From contig OZ244744.1 in the NCBI GenBank assembly GCA_965219455.1, forward strand, positions 1,568,001 to 1,632,000: 64,000 nt of DNA. Direction: 5' to 3'. The number at the start of each line of letters is the position of its first letter. Within the stretch, counting starts at the first letter, position 1. Under the pieces are notes generated by a model that worked only from the letters and a program-made list of their open reading frames with translations, did no database searches and had not been told where the DNA came from. The position numbers were made by a program, and so were the translations under genes. This document shows positions 28,048 through 36,978 of this stretch, piece by piece. This DNA comes from Candidatus Latescibacterota bacterium. GTDB taxonomy: Bacteria > Latescibacterota > UBA2968 > GCA-2709665.

Positions 28048-29049
28048 ATGGAGCCAGTCAAAATTGTGGTGACGGATTATATCGAACCCGACCTGAAATG
28101 GGAAGAGGAGGCGCTCGAAAAATACGGGAATGTCACATTTGAATATCATCAGCTCAAGTTCACGTCGGACGACGAACTGGTCGCAAAGATCGGTGGCGCG
28201 GATATGATTCTGGTGAATATGGTGAAGATGACCGCCGGCGTTATCGATCAACTGGACAGGTGCAGGCTGATCCTGAGGCACGGCGTCGGATACGATAACG
28301 TGGACGTGGCGGCGGCGACGGCAAAGGGTATCCGGGTCGCCTACGAGCCGGACTATTGTTCGGATGAGGTGGCGGAACACGCCATTACGTTGATGCTGTC
28401 CGGCTGGCGCAAGCTGAATGTGGGCCGGAAGATTCTTGAGGCGTCGAGTCGAAACGGGATCTGGGATTTCACTGAGGTATACCCGGTCTATTCCGTCAAG
28501 GGCAAGACCGTGGGCATTATCGGATGTGGCCGCATCGGGAGCCTGACGCTGCAGAAACTGGCCGGTTTTGAAGTAAATATCCTGGTCTGCGATCCGTATC
28601 TTTCCGAAGAGCGCCAGAATGAACTGGGTGTGCGGGTGGTGGACCTGGACACGGTTCTGAAAGAAGCGGATATGATTACGATTCACGCATCGCTCGACGA
28701 GGAATCGTATCATCTCATCGGCGAAGGGGAACTCCGGGCGATGAAATCCCACGCCTATCTGGTGAATACGGCCAGAGGCGGTCTGGTTGACGCGGATGCG
28801 CTTGCCATGGCGCTGCGGGAGGGGTGGATCGCGGGCGCCGCCATCGACGTGTACGAGCAGGAACCGCCCGATCCGGACATGGATTTGTTCAATCTGGAGA
28901 ATGCCCTCCTCGCGCCGCATCTGGCGTGGTATTCCGAAGAGGCGAACTGGAGCATGCGAGAGAAGGTAATGGAGGACTTCGTGCGATTTATAGAGGGGCG
29001 GCCACCGCGGTTCCTGATCAACAAGGAACTGGCACGGGAGGGTGCGTGA
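28048..29049 (+). CDS. D-isomer-specific 2-hydroxyacid dehydrogenase (CtBP-like)
   Basis: Motifs 'RHGVGYDNVD', 'PDYCSDEVAEHA', 'GIIGCGRIG', 'VNTARGGLVD', 'DVYEQEPP', 'PHLAWYSE'. Confidence 0.9.
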   Translation: MEPVKIVVTDYIEPDLKWEEEALEKYGNVTFEYHQLKFTSDDELVAKIGGADMILVNMVKMTAGVIDQLDRCRLILRHGVGYDNVDVAAATAKGIRVAYEPDYCSDEVAEHAITLMLSGWRKLNVGRKILEASSRNGIWDFTEVYPVYSVKGKTVGIIGCGRIGSLTLQKLAGFEVNILVCDPYLSEERQNELGVRVVDLDTVLKEADMITIHASLDEESYHLIGEGELRAMKSHAYLVNTARGGLVDADALAMALREGWIAGAAIDVYEQEPPDPDMDLFNLENALLAPHLAWYSEEANWSMREKVMEDFVRFIEGRPPRFLINKELAREGA

Positions 29050-29072
29050 ATCAACCTGTCGGGAGATCTGAT

Positions 29073-30410
29073 ATGGCGCAGGTCGCAGACGCAATCACGT
29101 TGGAACGGCGGAAGATCCCGGGACCCAGGTCCATTGCGTTGCTGGACGTTTCCAGCCAATACGAACCGCCGTGCATGGCCGATCAGGTGCCGGTGGTGTG
29201 GGACCACGGCGAGGGTGTCTGGGTGTGGGACGTGGACGGCAACCGGTTTCTGGACTTCACCTCCGGAGTGCTGGTGACCAATCTGGGACATTCCCACCCC
29301 CGCCACGTCGAGAGTATCCGGAAACAGGCCGGACGCCTCATGAACTGTTATTCGTTCCCGACGCCGGAGCGGGTGACGCTGTCAAAGCGCCTGACCGATC
29401 TGCTGCCTGAAAATATCGATCAGACATTCCTGCTCACGACGGGGGCCGAGGCGACGGAGGCGGCGATCCGCATTGCGAAACGGTTCACGGGCAAGCACGA
29501 GGTACTGTCATTCTACGGTGGATTTCACGGTCGAACTTACGGCCCTATGAGCGTAGCCGGGAATATGAAGACAAAACGTGCGTTCGGCCCACAGTTGCCA
29601 GGCGGAATTCTGGCGCCGTTTCCCTATTTTTACCGGGATTTCTACAATAGCGAGACGGAAGAGGAATGTGCACAGCGATGCCTCGAAAACCTGGACCGGA
29701 TTATCGACTCGACGTCCACCGGCGACGTGGGCGCCGTGATCACCGAACCCTACCAGGGAGGGGCGGGTTTCATTTTCCCTCCTGCCGGCTGGTTGAAGGG
29801 GCTTGAAAGGTGGGCGCGGGACCGGGGGTTGGTCTTCATTCTGGACGAAGTTCAATCCTCGTTCGGACGTACTGGAAAGTTTTTCGCGCTGGAGTGGGAG
29901 AACCTGCGTCCGAATATGGTCTGCCTTGGCAAGGGCATAGGCAGCGGGATGCCCGCTTCCGCGCTCGCCGGCGAGAGCCGGATATTCGAGTGCATGGGGG
30001 TCGGTGAGATGTCCAGCACCTGCGGGGGCAACCCGCTGGCCAGCGCCGCGTCGCACGCTGTACTGGACGTAATGGAAGACGAGAGACTGCCGGAAAACGC
30101 CCAAAGCGTAGGCGATTATATGATGGCACGGTTTCAGGCGCTCCGGGCGAAATACGAAGTCCTGGGCGACGTGCGAGGGCAAGGGCTGGTGATCGGCCTC
30201 GAGTTCGTAATGGACCCTGACGACAAGACACCCGCGCCGGAACTGACCTCCGATCTCCTGCTGAGGGCGGGGGAGTACGGTCTTCTGCTCGGCAAGGTCG
30301 GATTGTACGGAAATGTCGTACGGATCGCGCCTCCGCTGGTAATTACGGAAGAGGAAGCGGGGATGGGCATAGACATCCTCGACCGTGCGCTGGAAGAACT
30401 CGTCGGGTGA
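29073..30410 (+). CDS. Class III PLP aminotransferase (GabT/ArgD-like)
   Basis: Motifs 'DVDGNRFLDF', 'TGAEATEAA', 'FHGRT', 'EPYQG', 'DEVQSSFGRTG', 'GKGIGSG'. Confidence 0.9.
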   Translation: MAQVADAITLERRKIPGPRSIALLDVSSQYEPPCMADQVPVVWDHGEGVWVWDVDGNRFLDFTSGVLVTNLGHSHPRHVESIRKQAGRLMNCYSFPTPERVTLSKRLTDLLPENIDQTFLLTTGAEATEAAIRIAKRFTGKHEVLSFYGGFHGRTYGPMSVAGNMKTKRAFGPQLPGGILAPFPYFYRDFYNSETEEECAQRCLENLDRIIDSTSTGDVGAVITEPYQGGAGFIFPPAGWLKGLERWARDRGLVFILDEVQSSFGRTGKFFALEWENLRPNMVCLGKGIGSGMPASALAGESRIFECMGVGEMSSTCGGNPLASAASHAVLDVMEDERLPENAQSVGDYMMARFQALRAKYEVLGDVRGQGLVIGLEFVMDPDDKTPAPELTSDLLLRAGEYGLLLGKVGLYGNVVRIAPPLVITEEEAGMGIDILDRALEELVG

Positions 30411-30513
30411 CCCGGCAGGTATCCATCCGGAACCGGGGCGCCGTCGGACCGCCCCGGCAACAGCGGATCCAGCGAAACGCAAACTCACGCGCCGGATCCG
30501 GGGGAGTGCACAC

Positions 30514-31749
30514 TTGAATAATGATTTATTGAAGGCGGCAATCGAGACTCACAAGGAAAATGCGGTCAGGCTGCTCTGCGACCTGATCCGTATCCCGTCC
30601 GTGCGCGGGGACGAAGGAGACGCGATGCGCATGTTGCACGCGCGAATGAAAGACGTGGTGGACGAGCGGGAACTGCTGCCGGTTGCGGACACGATTCAGG
30701 AGGATCCCGACTATTCGTTCAAGCTGCCGGATCTCAGCTACGCTGATCGGCCGAATCTGAGGGTCGTCAGAAAGGGAATTGGCGGCGGACGGTCGTTGAT
30801 TGTGAATACCCACCTGGACGTCGTGCCGGCCTCGTCGGACCAGGATCGGCCGTTCGATGGGCGGGTGGAAGACGGGGTCGTTTTCGGCCGCGGTGCGTGT
30901 GATTGCAAGGGACAGGCGGCCATGTTTTACCTGGCGCTTGCCGCCCTCAGGGAGATGGGGATTGCGCTTAAAGGGGATCTGATCGGGCACCTGGTGATTG
31001 AGGAGGAGTGCGGCGGCAACGGAACGCTGGCCTTTGTCCGTGGAAACGACCGGGCGGATGCGGCCCTGGTGCTGGAGCCCTCCGAAATGAAGATCCTGCC
31101 GTCGATACGCGGCGCGGTATGGTTCACGGTGAACGTATACGGACGGGCAGGCCACAGCGGCCAGGCGGGGCGCACGGTAAGCGCGCTGAAGGAGGCCATG
31201 CGGGCAATTGAGATTCTGGAGGGATATCACGGGAGGTTGTTGACGGAATCCAGGGGACACCCGCTCTACGATGCGTATGACAACCCGATGCCCATCACGT
31301 TCGGAACACTGGAGGCCGGGGACTGGCCGGCAATGGCGCCGAGAAAGGCGACGTTCAAGGGGGTTCTCGGATTTCTGCCGACCCGGACCAAGGAAGAGGT
31401 GATGCGCGAGATGGAGGAGGCGTTGAAAACCGAGGGTGGAGACTGGCTTCCGGACCATTTCGATATGGAGTTCATCTACCGGCACGACTGCAACGAAGTG
31501 CCCCCCGATCATCCCATCGTGAAGACGCTGGAACGGGCCTGCAGTGCAAGCGGACAGGCCACTGAGGTCGCGGCGATGCCGGCGTCGTGCGACGCGTGGT
31601 TTTACTCGAATCTGATCGGCGTTCCCGCCGTAGTGATCGGCGCGGGAACGCTGGGCGTGGCCCACTCCAGCCAGGAGCAGATCCCCGTGCAGGGCCTGGC
31701 TGACGGGGCCGAGGTACTCGCGCGCGCCATCATGGATTGGTGTGGGTAA
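30514..31749 (+). CDS. M20 metallo-amidohydrolase (ArgE/DapE-like)
   Basis: Motifs 'NTHLDVVP', 'GRGACDCKG', 'EEECGGNG', 'EPS', 'AHSSQE'. TTG start at 30514. Confidence 0.88.
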   Translation: MNNDLLKAAIETHKENAVRLLCDLIRIPSVRGDEGDAMRMLHARMKDVVDERELLPVADTIQEDPDYSFKLPDLSYADRPNLRVVRKGIGGGRSLIVNTHLDVVPASSDQDRPFDGRVEDGVVFGRGACDCKGQAAMFYLALAALREMGIALKGDLIGHLVIEEECGGNGTLAFVRGNDRADAALVLEPSEMKILPSIRGAVWFTVNVYGRAGHSGQAGRTVSALKEAMRAIEILEGYHGRLLTESRGHPLYDAYDNPMPITFGTLEAGDWPAMAPRKATFKGVLGFLPTRTKEEVMREMEEALKTEGGDWLPDHFDMEFIYRHDCNEVPPDHPIVKTLERACSASGQATEVAAMPASCDAWFYSNLIGVPAVVIGAGTLGVAHSSQEQIPVQGLADGAEVLARAIMDWCG

Positions 31750-31813
31750 ACGCACATCGCCGGAAAGCGCGGACAGGAAGGCGCGCCCGGCCGACAGCGG
31801 AGAATACGATTCG

Positions 31814-32887
31814 ATGAAGATGCTTGGGGTTGGGATCATCGGATTCCACCACCTTCATTCCCTGGATTATCTTCCACATTTCGAAGCCATCGTCCAGACG
31901 GAGGTGCGGGCTGTCGCCGAGGCGGATCCGGTGTATCTCAAGCAGGTGTGCGGGCGGACCGGGATTGATGGATACGTGGATTACAACGCGCTTCTGGCGC
32001 GTGAGGATATCGGCCTGGTGGCGATCCTGCTGCCGCATTCGGAGTGCCCGGAGGCGGTGGAACGGGCGGCGGCGGCCGGTAAGCACGTGATTGTCGAGAA
32101 GCCGATGGCGGATACGTCCGAGGGCATCCGGCGCATGATCTCGGCCACGGGAGAGGCGGGCGTCGCGCTGTCTTCACCCTACTGCTGGCGCGCGCATCCG
32201 GCCTCCAGGAAGATCAAGGAACTCGTCGATGGGGGCCTGCTGGGGCAGATTGTCGCGCTCGAGGGGCGATGCGCGGCGGGTTCACCCCTGCGTTACCTGG
32301 AAAACGGGATTTCACCCTGGCTGAATCAAAGGGGGGTTGCGGGCGGCGGCCCGATGCACAATCTGGGTACGCACTGGATCGATCTGTTTCGGTGGATCTT
32401 GCAAGACGAGGTCCGGCTGGCGACCGGCATGGTGAGCCACCTGCAACATCACCTGGATATCGAAGACAACAGTTTCGGTATTGTAAGATTCAGGAGCGGC
32501 GCGACGGCGACGCTGGATATCAGTTACTCCGTACCGAAGGCCTATCCCGCCGGCAGAGATCTTTTCATTGGCCTTCGTGGAACTCTGGGTTCGGCGTCGT
32601 GGAGTCCGGCCTGGGGAGGAACAGCGGACGAAGTCTTTGTGGTGAGCGACCATCCCGATTTCTCGGGTGGACCACAGACGACGCTGCGGATCGCTTCTCA
32701 GGCGACAGACGGTTACGGCGGTGTTTCGGGCCGGGTGTACTTGAACGAGACGGTCGACGCCATACTTGACGGGAGAACTCCCGGAATCACGGGAATGGAC
32801 GGGCTGAGGGCGGTAGAGGTGGTCGAAGCGATTTATGCCTCTGCGGAAACGGGTAGGATCGTAACCGTGGGAGATTGCGGCGCTTGA
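31814..32887 (+). CDS. Gfo/Idh/MocA oxidoreductase
   Basis: Motifs 'GKHVIVEKPMA', 'GGGPMHNLGTHWIDL', 'IEDN'. Alternative GTG start at 31742. Confidence 0.88.
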   Translation: MKMLGVGIIGFHHLHSLDYLPHFEAIVQTEVRAVAEADPVYLKQVCGRTGIDGYVDYNALLAREDIGLVAILLPHSECPEAVERAAAAGKHVIVEKPMADTSEGIRRMISATGEAGVALSSPYCWRAHPASRKIKELVDGGLLGQIVALEGRCAAGSPLRYLENGISPWLNQRGVAGGGPMHNLGTHWIDLFRWILQDEVRLATGMVSHLQHHLDIEDNSFGIVRFRSGATATLDISYSVPKAYPAGRDLFIGLRGTLGSASWSPAWGGTADEVFVVSDHPDFSGGPQTTLRIASQATDGYGGVSGRVYLNETVDAILDGRTPGITGMDGLRAVEVVEAIYASAETGRIVTVGDCGA

Positions 32888-33032
32888 AGACGCCGGACAT
32901 CAGGCAAAACAATAAGGAACAGCTGGCATTCGATCCACAACCGGCTGTTCCTTTTGTAACGTGCACAACGATTTCCGCGCCCGACCGGATGCCGCCTGGC
33001 CGAGATCCGCGGTGTTCTCAAAAGACTGGCGT

Positions 33033-34100
33033 CTACCACGCGTCCATTACGATTTCCCGCCCGGACAGGGAGGATTCGTAGATGGCCAGGATCAGGTCTA
33101 CGGACTTCCGGGCGGACTCGCCCGGGATATAGGGGTCGCGGTCGTCCAATACGGCGCGGGTGATGTCGTTCACGAGCCAGCCGTGTCCGGGCGCGACGGC
33201 GCTGGCGGCGCCCACGTTGCCGGCCGCAGCGATCTGCCGTGGGGGAAATGCGTCGACGGCGCGTCCGTCTTCCTCGGTGGTGGTGGCCCAGCGGGTGATC
33301 CGGGTGCCGCTCATGTTGATGGTCCCGGACTCACCGTGAAGTTCAATCCGGGACGCCTCGCCGGGGTTGCAGGACGTGGTGCCGATGAGCGTTCCGAACG
33401 CCCCGCTCTTGTATTTGATGGTGGCGACCGCGGTGTCTTCCACTTCGATGTCGCGCACCTTGTGCTCGGCGCGCGCGAACACGGATTCGACCTCGTCGTC
33501 TATCAGCCACAGCAGAAGGTCCACGCCGTGCACCCCCTGGTTCATCAGCGCGCCGCCGCCGTCGTCCTGCCACGTGCCTCGCCAGCCGGCGCTGTTATAG
33601 TACGCCTGAGAGCGGTGGTTCTTCATCAGGGCGTCGGCCAGCACCAGTTTTCCTAAATCGCCGTCTTTGATGGCGTTCCGCACTCTGATGGCTTCATCGC
33701 TGGTTCGACTTTGAAAAATGCAGCCGAGTTTGACGCCGACATCCCGGCATGCATCGATCATCCGGTTCATTTTCTCGCGCGTGACGTCCAGTGGTTTCTC
33801 ACACAGGGAATGCACACCGGCCCTTGCGGCCGCGATAACGTTGTCGGCGTGCATGCCGGAGGGAGTGCAGATACCGGCGATGTGCACGTCCGGATCGGCG
33901 ACCATATCCTGATAGTTCTTATAATATCTGATGCCGCCGGACTCGGCCGCGAATTGCTTTCCCTTATCTTCGTTGTAATTGCAGGCGGCAACCAGTTCCG
34001 CGTCGGGGCAGGCTTCGATTCCCGATCGGAAATGACCTGCAATCATGCCGGCGCCAATGATGCCCCAGCCGAGTTTGCTGTTTTTAGCCATTGTGTGCAT
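33033..34100 (-). CDS. Gfo/Idh/MocA oxidoreductase (paralog of the adjacent gene)
   Basis: Motifs 'GIIGAGMIA', 'CEKPL', 'GGGALMNQGVHGVDLL'. Confidence 0.9.
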   Translation of the reverse strand: MHTMAKNSKLGWGIIGAGMIAGHFRSGIEACPDAELVAACNYNEDKGKQFAAESGGIRYYKNYQDMVADPDVHIAGICTPSGMHADNVIAAARAGVHSLCEKPLDVTREKMNRMIDACRDVGVKLGCIFQSRTSDEAIRVRNAIKDGDLGKLVLADALMKNHRSQAYYNSAGWRGTWQDDGGGALMNQGVHGVDLLLWLIDDEVESVFARAEHKVRDIEVEDTAVATIKYKSGAFGTLIGTTSCNPGEASRIELHGESGTINMSGTRITRWATTTEEDGRAVDAFPPRQIAAAGNVGAASAVAPGHGWLVNDITRAVLDDRDPYIPGESARKSVDLILAIYESSLSGREIVMDAW

Positions 34101-34151
34101 CGTTCCTCTTGGGAGTTAAAGCGCGGCATACCGCGCGAGGACCGGATGGGT

Positions 34152-35225
34152 TCAGCCGGCGTGCCGGACCTCGACTTCCATGCCCGATCGGGCGGATTCG
34201 TAGATCGCCAGAATGAGGTCTACGGCGCCCCGTGCGGATTCACCGGTAACGTAGGGATCGCGGTCGTCCTGTATTGCCCGGATAAGGTCATCCACCAGGA
34301 AGACGTGGCTGGCAGATCCGATGGCCTTGGGATCGGCCACCGCCCCCTGAATTTCGATTTCTCTCGGCGGCTCGCTGTCTTCGGCGCGGCCGTCTTCTTC
34401 GAGGGTGTTCGCCCAGCGGGAGATCGAACTGCCGCTTACCGTGATGGTGCCGCGATTTCCGTGCAACTCGATGCGGCGGGCCTCGCCGGGGTTGCACGAG
34501 GTGGTGCCGATGAGCGCGCCGAACGCGCCGTTCTTGAATTTCAGATTGGCCACGGCTGTGTCTTCCACTTCGATGTCGCGCACTTTATGTTCGGCCCGCG
34601 CGAATACGGATTCGACGGGGCTGCCCATAAGCCAGAGGAGAAGGTCCACGCCATGTACGCCCTGGTTCATGAGGGCGCCGCCGCCGTCCAACGCCCAGGT
34701 GCCCCGCCAGCCCGCGCTCCTGTAATAGGCCTGGGAACGGTAATCCTTGAGGTAGGCGTCGGCCAGTACCATCTGACCCAGCAGGCCGTCCTGAATGGCT
34801 TTGCGTGCTCTGATCATGTCCGGACTGGTGCGGCTCTGGAAGACGCAGCCGAGTTTCACCCCGGCTTCGCGACATGCCACTGTCATTTCGGTCATGCGGC
34901 CGGCATCGATCTCGAGGGGCTTCTCGCACAGTACGTGCTTGCCGGCCCCTGCGGCCGCGGTCACGCCTTCGTGGTGCAAACCGGAGGGCGTGCAGACGCT
35001 GACGATGTCTACGCTTCCGTCTTGCACCAGTTCTTTATAGTCTGAATAAATACGGATGTTCGCAACGCCACTATCCATACCGGCAAGAAATGACCTGATC
35101 TGAGTCTCGTCGGTGTCGCAGACCGCCACCAGTTCGGCCTCGTCGCATGCGTCAATGGCCAGGCGATGGGTCGGCGCGATCACGCCGCAGCCAATGATGC
35201 CGAAACCGAATTTCCCGTTTTTCAT
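34152..35225 (-). CDS. Gfo/Idh/MocA oxidoreductase
   Basis: Motifs 'GIIGCGVIA', 'GKHVLCEKPL', 'GGGALMNQGVHGVDLL'. Confidence 0.9.
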   Translation of the reverse strand: MKNGKFGFGIIGCGVIAPTHRLAIDACDEAELVAVCDTDETQIRSFLAGMDSGVANIRIYSDYKELVQDGSVDIVSVCTPSGLHHEGVTAAAGAGKHVLCEKPLEIDAGRMTEMTVACREAGVKLGCVFQSRTSPDMIRARKAIQDGLLGQMVLADAYLKDYRSQAYYRSAGWRGTWALDGGGALMNQGVHGVDLLLWLMGSPVESVFARAEHKVRDIEVEDTAVANLKFKNGAFGALIGTTSCNPGEARRIELHGNRGTITVSGSSISRWANTLEEDGRAEDSEPPREIEIQGAVADPKAIGSASHVFLVDDLIRAIQDDRDPYVTGESARGAVDLILAIYESARSGMEVEVRHAG

Positions 35226-35451
35226 TCACTGCCTCCGTGTTCGCGCAACCCCGGCGGACGCAACGGTTATTGTGACACCGGACCGCGAGAAAAAAGAATT
35301 CGAGTCGGGTGAAATGTAGGATATGGCCGGCAGGTTGTCAATGAGCATTTTACGCTTTTCCGAAGGCGGGGCGGGCATATCTTAAGTGGTTGGCGAATCG
35401 CAGATAATCGGAGGTGCGGACATGGACATGAGGGAACCATCCGGCACGAGG

Positions 35452-35879
35452 ATGCAAAGAATCGGACTGATCGCGGGACCCGTTCTTGCGATCCTTCTAC
35501 TCTTGTTCTTTGATCTGGAACCGGGGCGGCCGGCCGTGACCAGGACGGCTGCCGTGGCCCTAATGATGATGGTGCCGATCGTGCTGGCGGTGGTGTTGAA
35601 GCTGGAGGAAGCAACGGCGCGGGGACGTCTTGCTACGGGTCTGTTTCTCGGTGTGGCTTACAGCGCATCCATCGGCGGCGCGGCAACGCTGGTGGGCACG
35701 CCACCGAATCTCTCGTTCGCATCGTGTTCGGAACGGACCGCGTTCGGATGACGGATATGGCCCGTGTGGGGTTGATTTTGAATCTGATAGGGGTCGCGAT
35801 CGTCGCGGGCGCCATTTATACGCTGGGCGGGTCGGCTTTGGGAATCGAGTTAACGGGGTTACCGGACTGGGCGAAGTAA
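35452..35879 (+). pseudogene. Internally deleted DASS/SLC13 sodium:anion symporter remnant
   Basis: The N-terminus (MQRIGLIAGP...RTAAVAL) is joined to a mid segment (MMMVPIV...AYSASIGGAATLVGTPPNLSF). After a frameshift at about 35720 comes the C-terminus (IVFGTDRVRMTDMARVGLILNL...LPDWAK*). Total about 140 codons versus 450-550 aa for intact members. Confidence 0.8.
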
Positions 35880-35895
35880 TCCGACGAGGAATGCT

Positions 35896-36894
35896 ATGTA
35901 CGAAGCTATTGACACGATCAGGCTCAAGTCGGGCGAAGCGGTGGAAGTGGGGGTTGTGAAAGGGCCGGACCCGGTCTGGGCAGAACGGATTGAGGCGCTG
36001 CTGGAGCACAAAGCCGAGATCTGGCGCTGGGGAAACACGATGGTGCTTCGGGAGCGACTGGAGGTCGAGGCGTACTTTTATATTCTGCATCGGGACGGGA
36101 TTCCGTTTGCCAATATGACCACGGTCGAAACGCGGGGGGTGGGGATTTTCGGGCACGTATATACAAAACCGGAGGACAGGCGAAAGCGGGCGGCGATGAA
36201 ACTGATGCGCTTGATGATGGATCATTTCAGAACGCGGGGCGGGCAGGCGCTCTACCTCGGGACAGGTTACGACTCGCACCCCTTTCACATCTATCGGGCG
36301 CACGGATTTGAAGGCCTCGAACCGCACAGCGGCTATATGGATTACTATACGACTTCAAAGGAAGCGTTCGAGACGGATTTTTTCTCGAAAGGACCGGCAG
36401 ATGTGGCGGGGCTGGACTGGCGGGACTGGCCTGCGTCGACGGCCCTGTTTTCGGGCGATTTTCCGGGTGTGACGCGGTGTGCGGGCATGCGAATATTCGG
36501 GCGGCGGTCTACCGAAAGCCCGCTGTTGCCGTTCATTCGGGACGCCGTGGCGCGACGGGCGGATGGCAAGCCGGCGCGCGTGAAGGTGTTGCGGCAGCGG
36601 GAGACGACGGCCGTGGCGGGCCTGGCGATGTGGTCGTTCGACCGTCTATGGCCCGGTAGCTGTGTGGTGGACGTGTATTGCCATCCGAATTTCTGGGACC
36701 GCTCCCGCGACCTGTTGGGTGCGTTGCCGCTACCTGAAGCGGACCGGTACCTGGCCTATTGCGACGCGGGGTTCGAACCGAAAGCAAAGGCGCTTTCGCA
36801 GGTTGGATTCCACCCGGCTGCCATCTACAAACAGCGAGCCGCCCGCGACAGAGCCGGAACGGCATACGTGGACGTGACGGTGTGGGAGAAATGA
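35896..36894 (+). CDS. GNAT-domain protein
   Basis: Sequence 'FGHVYTKPEDRRKRAAMKLM...ALYLGT....FHIYRAHGF'. Confidence 0.7.
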   Translation: MYEAIDTIRLKSGEAVEVGVVKGPDPVWAERIEALLEHKAEIWRWGNTMVLRERLEVEAYFYILHRDGIPFANMTTVETRGVGIFGHVYTKPEDRRKRAAMKLMRLMMDHFRTRGGQALYLGTGYDSHPFHIYRAHGFEGLEPHSGYMDYYTTSKEAFETDFFSKGPADVAGLDWRDWPASTALFSGDFPGVTRCAGMRIFGRRSTESPLLPFIRDAVARRADGKPARVKVLRQRETTAVAGLAMWSFDRLWPGSCVVDVYCHPNFWDRSRDLLGALPLPEADRYLAYCDAGFEPKAKALSQVGFHPAAIYKQRAARDRAGTAYVDVTVWEK

Positions 36895-36978
36895 GTGCGA
36901 ACCGGTGACCGGCGGCGACCGGAGGGAGGTTATACCGCGGCCAAAACACGGGGCGATCCGATGGATTGCCCCGTGTTT

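Noticed and set aside
27331-29094. 587-aa minus-strand ORF (likewise 30526-31839 and 33711-35045)
   Set aside because: Antisense to well-supported enzyme genes and without recognisable domains.
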